Shown here in pieces: positions 13,806-22,551 of a stretch of 64,000 nucleotides of DNA (position 1 is the first letter of the stretch; every line of letters starts with the position of its first letter). The DNA is from Escherichia coli (lineage in GTDB: Bacteria; Pseudomonadota; Gammaproteobacteria; Enterobacterales; Enterobacteriaceae), in NCBI RefSeq assembly GCF_003334315.1, contig NZ_QOWR01000024.1, one strand, 5' to 3'. The position numbers and the translations under genes were made by a program. The notes beneath the pieces are model-generated. The model did not search any database. It was not told the DNA's origin and saw nothing but the letters and a program-made list of their open reading frames with translations.

Positions 13806-14945
13806 ATGAGCGCGGGAAGCCCAAAATTCACCGTTCGCCGCATTGCGGCTTTGTCACTGGTTTCGCTATGGCTGGCAGGCTGTTCTGACACTTCAAATCC
13901 ACCGGCACCGGTCAGCTCCGTTAATGGCAATGCGCCTGCAAATACCAATTCTGGTATGTTGATTACGCCGCCGCCGAAAATGGGGACGACGTCTACAGCC
14001 CAGCAACCGCAAATTCAGCCGGTACAGCAGCCACAAATTCAGGCTACTCAACAACCGCAAATCCAGCCAGTGCAGCCAGTAGCTCAGCAGCCGGTACAGA
14101 TGGAAAACGGACGCATCGTCTATAACCGTCAGTATGGGAACATTCCGAAAGGCAGTTATAGCGGCAGTACCTATACCGTGAAAAAAGGCGACACACTTTT
14201 CTATATCGCCTGGATTACTGGTAACGATTTCCGTGACCTTGCTCAGCGCAACAATATTCAGGCACCATACGCGCTGAACGTTGGTCAGACCTTGCAGGTG
14301 GGTAATGCTTCCGGTACGCCAATCACTGGCGGAAATGCCATTACCCAGGCCGACGCAGCAGAGCAAGGAGTTGTGATCAAGCCTGCACAAAATTCCACCG
14401 TTGCTGTTGCGTCGCAACCGACAATTACGTATTCTGAATCTTCGGGTGAACAGAGTGCTAACAAAATGTTGCCGAACAACAAGCCAGCTGCGACCACGGT
14501 CACAGCGCCTGTAACGGTACCAACAGCAAGCACAACCGAGCCAACTGTCAGCAGTACATCAACCAGTACGCCTATCTCCACCTGGCGCTGGCCGACTGAG
14601 GGCAAAGTGATCGAAACCTTTGGCGCTTCTGAGGGGGGCAACAAGGGGATTGATATCGCAGGCAGCAAAGGACAGGCAATTATCGCGACCGCAGATGGCC
14701 GCGTTGTTTATGCTGGTAACGCGCTGCGCGGCTACGGTAATCTGATTATCATCAAACATAATGATGATTACCTGAGTGCCTACGCCCATAACGACACAAT
14801 GCTGGTCCGGGAACAACAAGAAGTGAAGGCGGGGCAAAAAATAGCAACCATGGGTAGCACCGGAACCAGTTCAACACGCTTGCATTTTGAAATTCGTTAC
14901 AAGGGGAAATCCGTAAACCCGCTGCGTTATTTGCCGCAGCGATAA
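13806..14945 (+). CDS. nlpD: Murein hydrolase activator lipoprotein NlpD (LysM + M23 domains), 379 aa
   Basis: Lipobox LAGC, Q/P-rich repeats, C-terminal M23 peptidase-like domain; rpoS promoter is known to lie inside this gene. Confidence 0.92.
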   Translation: MSAGSPKFTVRRIAALSLVSLWLAGCSDTSNPPAPVSSVNGNAPANTNSGMLITPPPKMGTTSTAQQPQIQPVQQPQIQATQQPQIQPVQPVAQQPVQMENGRIVYNRQYGNIPKGSYSGSTYTVKKGDTLFYIAWITGNDFRDLAQRNNIQAPYALNVGQTLQVGNASGTPITGGNAITQADAAEQGVVIKPAQNSTVAVASQPTITYSESSGEQSANKMLPNNKPAATTVTAPVTVPTASTTEPTVSSTSTSTPISTWRWPTEGKVIETFGASEGGNKGIDIAGSKGQAIIATADGRVVYAGNALRGYGNLIIIKHNDDYLSAYAHNDTMLVREQQEVKAGQKIATMGSTGTSSTRLHFEIRYKGKSVNPLRYLPQR

Positions 14946-15007
14946 ATCGGCGGAACCAGGCTTTTGCTTGAATGTTCCGTCAAGGGATCACGGGTAGGAG
15001 CCACCTT

Positions 15008-15646
15008 ATGAGTCAGAATACGCTGAAAGTTCATGATTTAAATGAAGATGCGGAATTTGATGAGAACGGAGTTGAGGTTTTTGACGAAAAGGCCTTAGTA
15101 GAAGAGGAACCCAGTGATAACGATTTGGCCGAAGAGGAACTGTTATCGCAGGGAGCCACACAGCGTGTGTTGGACGCGACTCAGCTTTACCTTGGTGAGA
15201 TTGGTTATTCACCACTGTTAACGGCCGAAGAAGAAGTTTATTTTGCGCGTCGCGCACTGCGTGGAGATGTCGCCTCTCGCCGCCGGATGATCGAGAGTAA
15301 CTTGCGTCTGGTGGTAAAAATTGCCCGCCGTTATGGCAATCGTGGTCTGGCGTTGCTGGACATCCTGGCCGATGAAAAAGAGAACGGTCCGGAAGATACC
15401 ACGCAAGATGACGATATGAAGCAGAGCATCGTCAAATGGCTGTTCGAGCTGAACGCCAAACAGCGTGAAGTGCTGGCACGTCGATTCGGTTTGCTGGGGT
15501 ACGAAGCGGCAACACTGGAAGATGTAGGTCGTGAAATTGGCCTCACCCGTGAACGTGTTCGCCAGATTCAGGTTGAAGGCCTGCGCCGTTTGCGCGAAAT
15601 CCTGCAAACGCAGGGGCTGAATATCGAAGCGCTGTTCCGCGAGTAA
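15008..15646 (+). CDS. rpoS: RNA polymerase sigma S (RpoS) allele with in-frame internal deletion; 212 aa instead of 330 aa, predicted non-functional
   Basis: N-terminal 118 aa ([21 protein letters not shown]...[11 protein letters not shown]) and C-terminal 94 aa ([14 protein letters not shown]...[10 protein letters not shown]) match RpoS; regions 2.2-3 (e.g. YATWWIRQ) absent. Confidence 0.9.
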   Translation: MSQNTLKVHDLNEDAEFDENGVEVFDEKALVEEEPSDNDLAEEELLSQGATQRVLDATQLYLGEIGYSPLLTAEEEVYFARRALRGDVASRRRMIESNLRLVVKIARRYGNRGLALLDILADEKENGPEDTTQDDDMKQSIVKWLFELNAKQREVLARRFGLLGYEAATLEDVGREIGLTRERVRQIQVEGLRRLREILQTQGLNIEALFRE

Positions 15647-15661
15647 GTAAGCATCTGTCAG

Positions 15662-15694
15662 AAAGGCCAGTCTCAAGCGAGGCTGGCCTTTTCT
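15662..15694 (+). terminator. rpoS rho-independent terminator
   Basis: 12-bp stem AAGGCCAGTCTC / GAGGCTGGCCTT (one G-U), 4-nt loop, followed by TTTCT, 16 bp after rpoS stop. Confidence 0.65.
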
Positions 15695-15703
15695 GTGCAC
15701 AAT

Positions 15704-15735
15704 AAAAGGTCCGATGCCCATCGGACCTTTTTATT
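15704..15735. terminator. Bidirectional hairpin terminator between convergent rpoS and ygbN
   Basis: Stem AGGTCCGAT / ATCGGACCT with T-run on + strand and A-run upstream (T-run on - strand). Confidence 0.5.
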
Positions 15736-15739
15736 AAGG

Positions 15740-17104
15740 TCAAATTACCGCCCATACGCACCAGGTAATTAAGAATCCGGTAAAACCGAGAATGGTCGTT
15801 AACACTGTCCAGGTTTTCAGACCGTCTGCTACCGACAACCCCAGATATTTGGTCACAATCCAGAACCCTGAGTCATTAATATGTGACGCACCAAGCCCAC
15901 CAAAGCAGGCTGCCAGCGTCACCAATACGCACTGAATCGGATTCAATCCCATCACCGCTTCTGAGAGTAACCCGCCGGTTGTCAGTATTGCTACGGTTGC
16001 TGACCCCTGCGATGCACGCAGCGCCAGTGAAATAATAAATGCGGCTGGTAACAGAGGCAGGTCAATCATTTGTAGCATGTTGGCAAGGGCTTTGCCGACG
16101 CCCGATTCCACCAGCACTTTGCCAAATACCCCTCCAGCACCAGTAACCAAAATCACTACCGCCGCAGTGGGAAGGGCTGAGCCCATAATGTCGCTGGTGT
16201 GTTGTAAGCTCCAGCCGCGACGTAAAGCCAATAACCAGAATGCCAGCACCAGCGCAATCATTAGAGCTACCATTGGTGAGCCGATCAGCTGTAGCGTACC
16301 AAGCAGGGGATGCGAAGGCGGCATCAGTGTTGCGGAAACCGTACCCGCCATGATAATCGCGATAGGAATAACAATTAGCGAGGTGACCAGCGCGACGCCC
16401 GGTGGATTTATTTTATCGCTTAATTTTGTCGCGCCTTCCTCACTGGCCGGAGCCAGTTGCATCTGTTCCAGTACTTCCACCGACATCGCATATTGGTGCT
16501 TATTGATTATTTTCGCTGCAAAGTAGCCAACAATCCCTACGGGAATAGAAATCGCAATACCGATGATGGTTAGCCAGCCGATGTCTGCGTGGAGTAACCC
16601 CGCTGCGGCGACAGGGCCTGGATGCGGCGGTACCGCCACATGTACAGTTAGCATGATCCCAGCGACAGGCAGGCCAAATTTGAGTGGCGATATTTTGGCA
16701 ACCTTGGCAAAACCGTAAATGATTGGCGCAAGAATAATAAAGCCGACATCAAAGAAGACGGGAATACCGAGGAAGAACGCTGCCAGAGTCAGCGCAGCGA
16801 TAGTTCGTTTGTCACCTAACTTGCGACTGAAATAATTAGCCAGTGACTCTGCACCACCAGAGTGTTCGATCATACGCCCCAGCATAGCGCCCAGACCAAT
16901 AATAATAGTGACGGAACCAAGCACACCGCCCATCCCGGCGATCATCACTTTACCCACTTCGCCCGCCGGTATACCCGCCGCAAGTGCGACTAACAGGCTG
17001 ACGAGGAGCAGAGCAACGAATGGTTGTACCTTTGCCTTGATGACCAGCAGCAACAGCATGATTACGCCAGCTAACGCAATGCATAACAATGTAATTGTGG
17101 ACAT
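15740..17104 (-). CDS. ygbN: GntP-family transporter, 454 aa
   Basis: Highly hydrophobic, GntP-like N-terminus; K-12 position adjacent to rpoS. Confidence 0.85.
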   Translation of the reverse strand: MSTITLLCIALAGVIMLLLLVIKAKVQPFVALLLVSLLVALAAGIPAGEVGKVMIAGMGGVLGSVTIIIGLGAMLGRMIEHSGGAESLANYFSRKLGDKRTIAALTLAAFFLGIPVFFDVGFIILAPIIYGFAKVAKISPLKFGLPVAGIMLTVHVAVPPHPGPVAAAGLLHADIGWLTIIGIAISIPVGIVGYFAAKIINKHQYAMSVEVLEQMQLAPASEEGATKLSDKINPPGVALVTSLIVIPIAIIMAGTVSATLMPPSHPLLGTLQLIGSPMVALMIALVLAFWLLALRRGWSLQHTSDIMGSALPTAAVVILVTGAGGVFGKVLVESGVGKALANMLQMIDLPLLPAAFIISLALRASQGSATVAILTTGGLLSEAVMGLNPIQCVLVTLAACFGGLGASHINDSGFWIVTKYLGLSVADGLKTWTVLTTILGFTGFLITWCVWAVI

Positions 17105-17192
17105 GGGAAACCCTGTCTGAAAGTTATAGTTAACCTACCCCATCCGTAGATGGGGGGATGTATGGGTACGTTGTAATTAGGGATTTAACGAA

Positions 17193-17969
17193 TTAGCGCC
17201 AGGCGTCAAACCAGCCAAGCCCTTCTTCGGTGAGGCCACGAGGTTTATATTCACAACCGATCCAGCCCTGATATCCCACCTCATCGAACAGGCGGAACAG
17301 CCACGGATAGTTGATTTCTCCATCGTCCGGTTCATGTCGATCAGGTAGTCCGGCAATTTGTACGTGCGCATATTTCCCGGCGTAGTCGCGGATTAAATGC
17401 GTCAGGTTGCCATCTACTTTTTGCGCATGAAAAGTATCTAGTTGAATAAACACGTTATCTCGCGCAACCTCTTCAACAATAGCCAGTGCCTGATACTGGC
17501 TGGAGAAGAGATAATGAGGCTTAACGTCGGGGCTGAGTGCTTCAACTAATATTCGCTTGCCGTGTAGCGCAAAGCGGTCGGCAGCGTAGCGGAGATTATC
17601 GATAAATACTGCCCGGTACCGTTCAGCGTCTTCGCCAGCGGGCACGACGCCTGCCATCACATGGACTTGTTCACAATTGAGCGCCAATGCATATTCCAGT
17701 GCCAGGTCGATGTCTGCGTGTGCTTCGTGCTCACGTCCGGGAAGGGCGGATAATCCCCATTCCCCCGCATTAATATCTCCGGGAGCGGTATTGAACAGCG
17801 CCAGTGTCAGATGGTTTTGCTCCAGTTGCTTTTGGATTTGCAGGGTGGAGTAGTCATAGGGAAACAGAAATTCCACAGCATCGAACCCGGCTTTTCGCGC
17901 TGCGGCGAAGCGTTCAATAAAAGGCACTTCGGTGAACATCATGGATAAATTAGCTGCAAAACGAGGCAT
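17193..17969 (-). CDS. ygbM: Hydroxypyruvate-isomerase-like protein (2-oxo-tetronate isomerase), 258 aa
   Basis: TIM-barrel xylose-isomerase-like sequence; synteny. Confidence 0.85.
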   Translation of the reverse strand: MPRFAANLSMMFTEVPFIERFAAARKAGFDAVEFLFPYDYSTLQIQKQLEQNHLTLALFNTAPGDINAGEWGLSALPGREHEAHADIDLALEYALALNCEQVHVMAGVVPAGEDAERYRAVFIDNLRYAADRFALHGKRILVEALSPDVKPHYLFSSQYQALAIVEEVARDNVFIQLDTFHAQKVDGNLTHLIRDYAGKYAHVQIAGLPDRHEPDDGEINYPWLFRLFDEVGYQGWIGCEYKPRGLTEEGLGWFDAWR

Positions 17970-17973
17970 TGCA

Positions 17974-18612
17974 TTAACTCCTTAATTCCGCAATTTCACC
18001 TGCGGTCAGATAACGGATCGGGCGGTCACCGAGAATAAAAATCAGCTTTGCCGTTTCCTCCAGCTCTTCCATATTGTTGGCGGCTTCTTGCAGGCTTTCA
18101 CCGCAAACCACTGGGCCATGATTTGCCAGTAAAAAAGCCTGATTGTCTGCTGCCAGTTCCGCCAGATCCTGTGCGATGCGTTTATCGCCCGGTCGGTAAT
18201 AAGGCACCAGCGGGACATTTCCCATCCGCATCACCACGTATGGTGTGAACGGACGAATAACGTTGCTGCTGTCCAGCCCTTGCAGGCAGGAAAGCGCCGT
18301 CGACCATGTGCTGTGCAAATGCACCACCGCTTTACAACGCGGATTGTTGCGATACAGCGCCAGATGAAAGAGCACCTCTTTCGAGGGTTTGTCACCACTT
18401 AACCATTCGCCATCCGCGGCGACTTTGGAAAGCCGCTGCGGATCGAGATTGCCCAGGCATGAACCTGTCGGTGTCGCCAGTAAATTCCCGTCAGGTAAAA
18501 GCAGCGACAGATTGCCAGCCGAACCGGTTGCATAGCCGCGCTGAAAGAATGAACTGGCAATCCGCGTCATCTCCTCTCGCAAAGACTGCTCTACTTTTGC
18601 GAAATCGCTCAT
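17974..18612 (-). CDS. ygbL: Class II aldolase/adducin-family protein (3-oxo-tetronate 4-phosphate decarboxylase), 212 aa
   Basis: Class II aldolase-like sequence; synteny. Confidence 0.85.
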   Translation of the reverse strand: MSDFAKVEQSLREEMTRIASSFFQRGYATGSAGNLSLLLPDGNLLATPTGSCLGNLDPQRLSKVAADGEWLSGDKPSKEVLFHLALYRNNPRCKAVVHLHSTWSTALSCLQGLDSSNVIRPFTPYVVMRMGNVPLVPYYRPGDKRIAQDLAELAADNQAFLLANHGPVVCGESLQEAANNMEELEETAKLIFILGDRPIRYLTAGEIAELRS

Positions 18613-19871
18613 GATAAAAACTCTCTTTGGGCTCGTGAAAAAAAGGCGTCATCACCGAAGTTGCCAGATTTAAGGGCGAGTGAGACAGGCTTATCCAGTG
18701 CGTTTACCCACGGCACGCCGGGGGAAATGGTTGGGCCAATATGAAACCCTTTTATGCCCAGGCTCTGTGTGACTACGCCGGAGGTCTCACCGCCTGCGAC
18801 AATAAAGCGTGCCACGCCTTCCGCCGCTAACCGCGCCGCTAGTTGAGAAAACAGTGTTTCTACTGCCTGACTGGCTTTTTGTGCACCGTATTGCTGTTGA
18901 ATTGCTGCCAATGCGTCAGTGCTGGCGGTGGCAAAAACCAGTGGAGCAAGTACACTTTCCTGGCCCAGAACCCACTCTGCCAGTTCGTGTGCATAAGTGG
19001 CCAGAGTTTCAGTTGAGAGGCAGCGTGCCACATCAACTTCACGGGCTGGTGCAATTTGACGGTAATGTGCTACCTGGCGGTTGGTCATTTGAGAGCATGA
19101 ACCGGAGAGCACTACGCCGCGCCCAGCGAGCGGATGCCCTGCTTCGCGAGCCTGGTTACCGTTTTCTTGCGTCCACTGCCGGGCCAGGCCAATCGCCAGA
19201 CCAGAACCGCCCGTTACCAGTGGGGCATCGCGCAAGGCTTCTCCCTGAATTTCCAGATGGTGTTCGGTCAGCGCATCAAGCACCGCGTAGCGGTAGCCCT
19301 CTTGCTGTAAGCGAGCCAGCTCTTGACGAACGGCATCCACACCTTGTTCGAAAACATGTGCCGAAACGACGCCGCAGCGCCCTGTGGATTGCGCTTCAAC
19401 CAGACGGGGAAGATAGCTGTCGGTCATGGGATTTACCGGGTGATGGCGCATCCCGGATTCGGCCAGCAGTTGATTCATTACGAACAAATACCCCTGATAA
19501 ACCGTACGTCCGTTGACCGGCAGGGCCGGAGAGAAGACCGTAAACGGCGTGTCGAGAGCATCCATTAATGCATCGGTAACCGGGCCGATATTACCTTTAG
19601 CCGTACTGTCGAAAGTAGAGCAGTATTTGAAATAGATCTGTTTGCAACCTTGCTGTTGCAACCAGCTCAGAGCCGCCAGCGATTGCTGTGTGGCTTCAAC
19701 CACCGGACAGGAACGCGTTTTCAGGCTGATCACCAGTGCGTCGATTGCTTCCGGCATTTTACCTGTTGGAACACCGTTAATTTGTACCGTTGGTAGACCG
19801 TTTTCCACCAGAAAACTGGCGATATCCGTTGCGCCGGTAAAATCATCGGCGATAACGCCAATCTTGATCAT
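18609..19871 (-). CDS. ygbK: Four-carbon acid sugar kinase family protein (3-oxo-tetronate kinase), 420 aa as longest ORF
   Basis: N-terminus MIKIGVIADDFTGATD typical of this kinase family; 4-bp overlaps with ygbJ and ygbL. Confidence 0.8.
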   Translation of the reverse strand: MIKIGVIADDFTGATDIASFLVENGLPTVQINGVPTGKMPEAIDALVISLKTRSCPVVEATQQSLAALSWLQQQGCKQIYFKYCSTFDSTAKGNIGPVTDALMDALDTPFTVFSPALPVNGRTVYQGYLFVMNQLLAESGMRHHPVNPMTDSYLPRLVEAQSTGRCGVVSAHVFEQGVDAVRQELARLQQEGYRYAVLDALTEHHLEIQGEALRDAPLVTGGSGLAIGLARQWTQENGNQAREAGHPLAGRGVVLSGSCSQMTNRQVAHYRQIAPAREVDVARCLSTETLATYAHELAEWVLGQESVLAPLVFATASTDALAAIQQQYGAQKASQAVETLFSQLAARLAAEGVARFIVAGGETSGVVTQSLGIKGFHIGPTISPGVPWVNALDKPVSLALKSGNFGDDAFFSRAQREFLS

Positions 19872-20776
19872 GATTTCGCTCCCGGTAGAGTGATGCCAGA
19901 GAAAATCTTGATAACTGCGCTATCGTCTTCTTTCCCGTAACCCGCGTTACTGGCGCTGGTGAACATATTCAATGCTGTTGAGGCCAATGGCAGCGGGAAG
20001 TGCAGGGCTTTGGCTGTATCGGCAACCAGGCCAAGATCCTTAACAAAAATATCGACGGCTGAATGCGGGGTGTAATCGCCATCCACCACATGACGCATCC
20101 GGTTTTCGAACATCCAGGAATTTCCGGCGGCATTGGTCACGACGTCATACATCACATCCAGCGGGATCCCCGCACGGGCTGCAAGTGCCATCGCTTCGGC
20201 TCCGGCAGCAATATGTACGCCCGCTAACAACTGGTGAATAATTTTTACGGTCGAACCTAGTCCCGGTTCTGCACCTATGCGATAAACTTTTCCGGCAACG
20301 GCTTCCAGCACGGGTGCCAGTCGTTCAAAGGCAATATCGCTACCGGAGGCCATGACAGTCATTTCACCGTTAGCGGCTTTTACTGCACCACCAGAAACTG
20401 GCGCATCCAGCATTTCCAGATCGAATCCAGCCAGAGCGGTAGCAATTTCTTGCGCATCAGCACTAGCGATAGTGGAAGAAACCATTACTGCCGTACCGGG
20501 TTTCAGATGTTGTGCAACGCCTGTTTCACCAAACAGCACCTGTTTAACCTGGGCCGCATTGACCACCAGCACCAGCAGAGCGTCCAGTTTTTCGGCAAAC
20601 GTCGCGGCGTTATCAGAAACCCCGCAAGCACCTGCCTCTTTCAACGTAGCGCAGGCATTGCTGTTCAGGTCTGCGCCCCAGGTAGAAAGACCTGCGCGGA
20701 CACATGACAGTGCTGCTCCCATTCCCATTGACCCTAAGCCAACGATACCGACATGAAACTCAGATCCCGTTTTCAT
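19868..20776 (-). CDS. ygbJ: NAD-dependent 3-hydroxyisobutyrate-dehydrogenase-like enzyme (L-threonate dehydrogenase), 302 aa
   Basis: Rossmann motif GIVGLGSMGMGAA; synteny. Confidence 0.85.
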   Translation of the reverse strand: MKTGSEFHVGIVGLGSMGMGAALSCVRAGLSTWGADLNSNACATLKEAGACGVSDNAATFAEKLDALLVLVVNAAQVKQVLFGETGVAQHLKPGTAVMVSSTIASADAQEIATALAGFDLEMLDAPVSGGAVKAANGEMTVMASGSDIAFERLAPVLEAVAGKVYRIGAEPGLGSTVKIIHQLLAGVHIAAGAEAMALAARAGIPLDVMYDVVTNAAGNSWMFENRMRHVVDGDYTPHSAVDIFVKDLGLVADTAKALHFPLPLASTALNMFTSASNAGYGKEDDSAVIKIFSGITLPGAKS

Positions 20777-20971
20777 CTGCTCTCCTTGTTAATTTAAGTG
20801 ATATTTTGTTTGATATTGTGAATATAAGCGCTGGAAGATAACGATATGGTGAGCTGATTCACATAAATTAACATTGTGTGTTATTTTATGTGAACTAAGC
20901 GTTAGTTGCGCCGCGCACGTTTCGCAGGCAAATAGCGTAGAATGTCAGCAGGACAAAGGAAGGAGCAAAAG

Positions 20972-21739
20972 TTGATACCCGTAGAGCGTCGCCAAATCAT
21001 CCTTGAGATGGTAGCTGAAAAAGGCATTGTCAGTATTGCTGAACTAACGGACAGAATGAATGTGTCACATATGACCATTCGTCGGGATTTACAAAAACTG
21101 GAGCAGCAGGGAGCCGTTGTGCTGGTGTCCGGAGGCGTCCAGTCTCCGGGACGCGTGGCGCATGAACCTTCTCATCAGGTAAAAACTGCGCTGGCAATGA
21201 CGCAAAAAGCGGCTATTGGCAAGCTGGCGGCAAATCTTGTTCAGCCGGGAAGTTGTATCTATCTGGATGCGGGAACGACCACGTTAGCGATAGCACAGCA
21301 TCTGATTCACATGGAGTCACTGACTGTGGTCACAAACGATTTCGTTATTGCAGACTACTTGCTCGACAACAGTAATTGCACAATTATTCACACTGGCGGT
21401 GCAGTGTGTCGGGAAAACCGTTCCTGTGTCGGGGAAGCCGCTGCGACCATGCTGCGCAGCCTGATGATTGATCAGGCTTTTATTTCTGCATCGTCATGGA
21501 GTGTGCGGGGGATTTCTACGCCAGCGGAAGATAAAGTCACGGTGAAACGGGCGATTGCCAGTGCCAGCCGCCAGCGAGTTTTGGTCTGTGATGCGACGAA
21601 ATATGGTCAGGTGGCGACATGGCTGGCGTTACCATTAAGCGAGTTTGATCAGATTATCACAGACGACGGTTTGCCGGAGAGTGCCAGTCGCGCGCTGGCG
21701 AAGCAGGATCTCTCTTTGCTGGTAGCGAAAAATGAATAA
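20972..21739 (+). CDS. ygbI: DeoR-family transcriptional regulator, 255 aa (TTG start)
   Basis: HTH MNVSHMTIRRDLQKLE; TTG at 20972 (MIPVERRQ...) preceded by AAGGAAGGAG; alternative ATG at 20942. Confidence 0.8.
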   Translation: MIPVERRQIILEMVAEKGIVSIAELTDRMNVSHMTIRRDLQKLEQQGAVVLVSGGVQSPGRVAHEPSHQVKTALAMTQKAAIGKLAANLVQPGSCIYLDAGTTTLAIAQHLIHMESLTVVTNDFVIADYLLDNSNCTIIHTGGAVCRENRSCVGEAAATMLRSLMIDQAFISASSWSVRGISTPAEDKVTVKRAIASASRQRVLVCDATKYGQVATWLALPLSEFDQIITDDGLPESASRALAKQDLSLLVAKNE

Positions 21740-21789
21740 TGGCCTGCAATAACATTTGGTTACTCATGCTTCACAGAAGAAGCATGAGA

Positions 21790-22446
21790 CTACTTTATTT
21801 TATAAAATGACAGCCGCCCGCTTTTCGGCGTGCCGGTATCAATATAAATCTGGTTAGCGAACGTCTGAATGTTATCAAACATCATATGTCCAAATATAAA
21901 ATAATCAGCGCCGTTTATTTGTTGTAACTCGCCATTAAGCGATTTCTGCACACGATCAACAGGCCAGAGTAATTCGCTTTCTGCTATTTCTTTACCAAAC
22001 TGATATTCATCACCCGGATAATCTGCATGTGCGATGGCATATTTTATGTTGTCATTAATGATTTCAATAATATGTGGAAGGTGATGGAATTTCAGCAACA
22101 GATCTATTGCCTCTTGTTGCTCTGAATCATTTAAATCGAAAAACCAGTCACCACCGCTGGCAAGCCACATATTTCCATCGCCAGTTTCGAATGCATCCAA
22201 CGCCATCGCTTCGTGGTTGCCTTTAACCGACGTAAACCAGGGTTGGTTTAGCAGGCGCAGCACGTTAAGACTCTTCGGCCCACGATCAATATTATCGCCG
22301 ACAGAAATAAGTAAGTCGATTTCGGGGAAAAAAGAGAGTTGATGTAAGCGGGATTGTAATAACTGATATTCACCATGAATATCACCAACGACCCATATAT
22401 GGCGATAGTGATGGGCATTGATTTTTTGATAGCGTGTAGATGGCAT
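21790..22446 (-). CDS. pphB: Serine/threonine protein phosphatase 2, 218 aa
   Basis: Metallophosphatase motifs GDIHG, GDNIDRG, GNHE; matches PphB. Confidence 0.9.
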   Translation of the reverse strand: MPSTRYQKINAHHYRHIWVVGDIHGEYQLLQSRLHQLSFFPEIDLLISVGDNIDRGPKSLNVLRLLNQPWFTSVKGNHEAMALDAFETGDGNMWLASGGDWFFDLNDSEQQEAIDLLLKFHHLPHIIEIINDNIKYAIAHADYPGDEYQFGKEIAESELLWPVDRVQKSLNGELQQINGADYFIFGHMMFDNIQTFANQIYIDTGTPKSGRLSFYKIK

Positions 22447-22551
22447 GGTTTTACCCTGTAAAATAAGCTTTCCTATTATACAGGGTGTTTTTATTTTATT
22501 CGTCAGTTGTCGTTAATATTCCCGATAGCAAAAGACTATCGGGAATTGTTA

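Noticed and set aside
14972-15007. Upstream in-frame extensions of longest ORFs (rpoS from 14972, casE from 2311, cas1 from 3060, fhlA to 27904, hycE from 35714, hypF from 44709, norR from 49842, mltB from 56526, recA from 58423, and others)
   Set aside because: The conserved N-termini of these well-known proteins begin at internal start codons; the extensions are read-through of upstream sequence or overlap the preceding gene.
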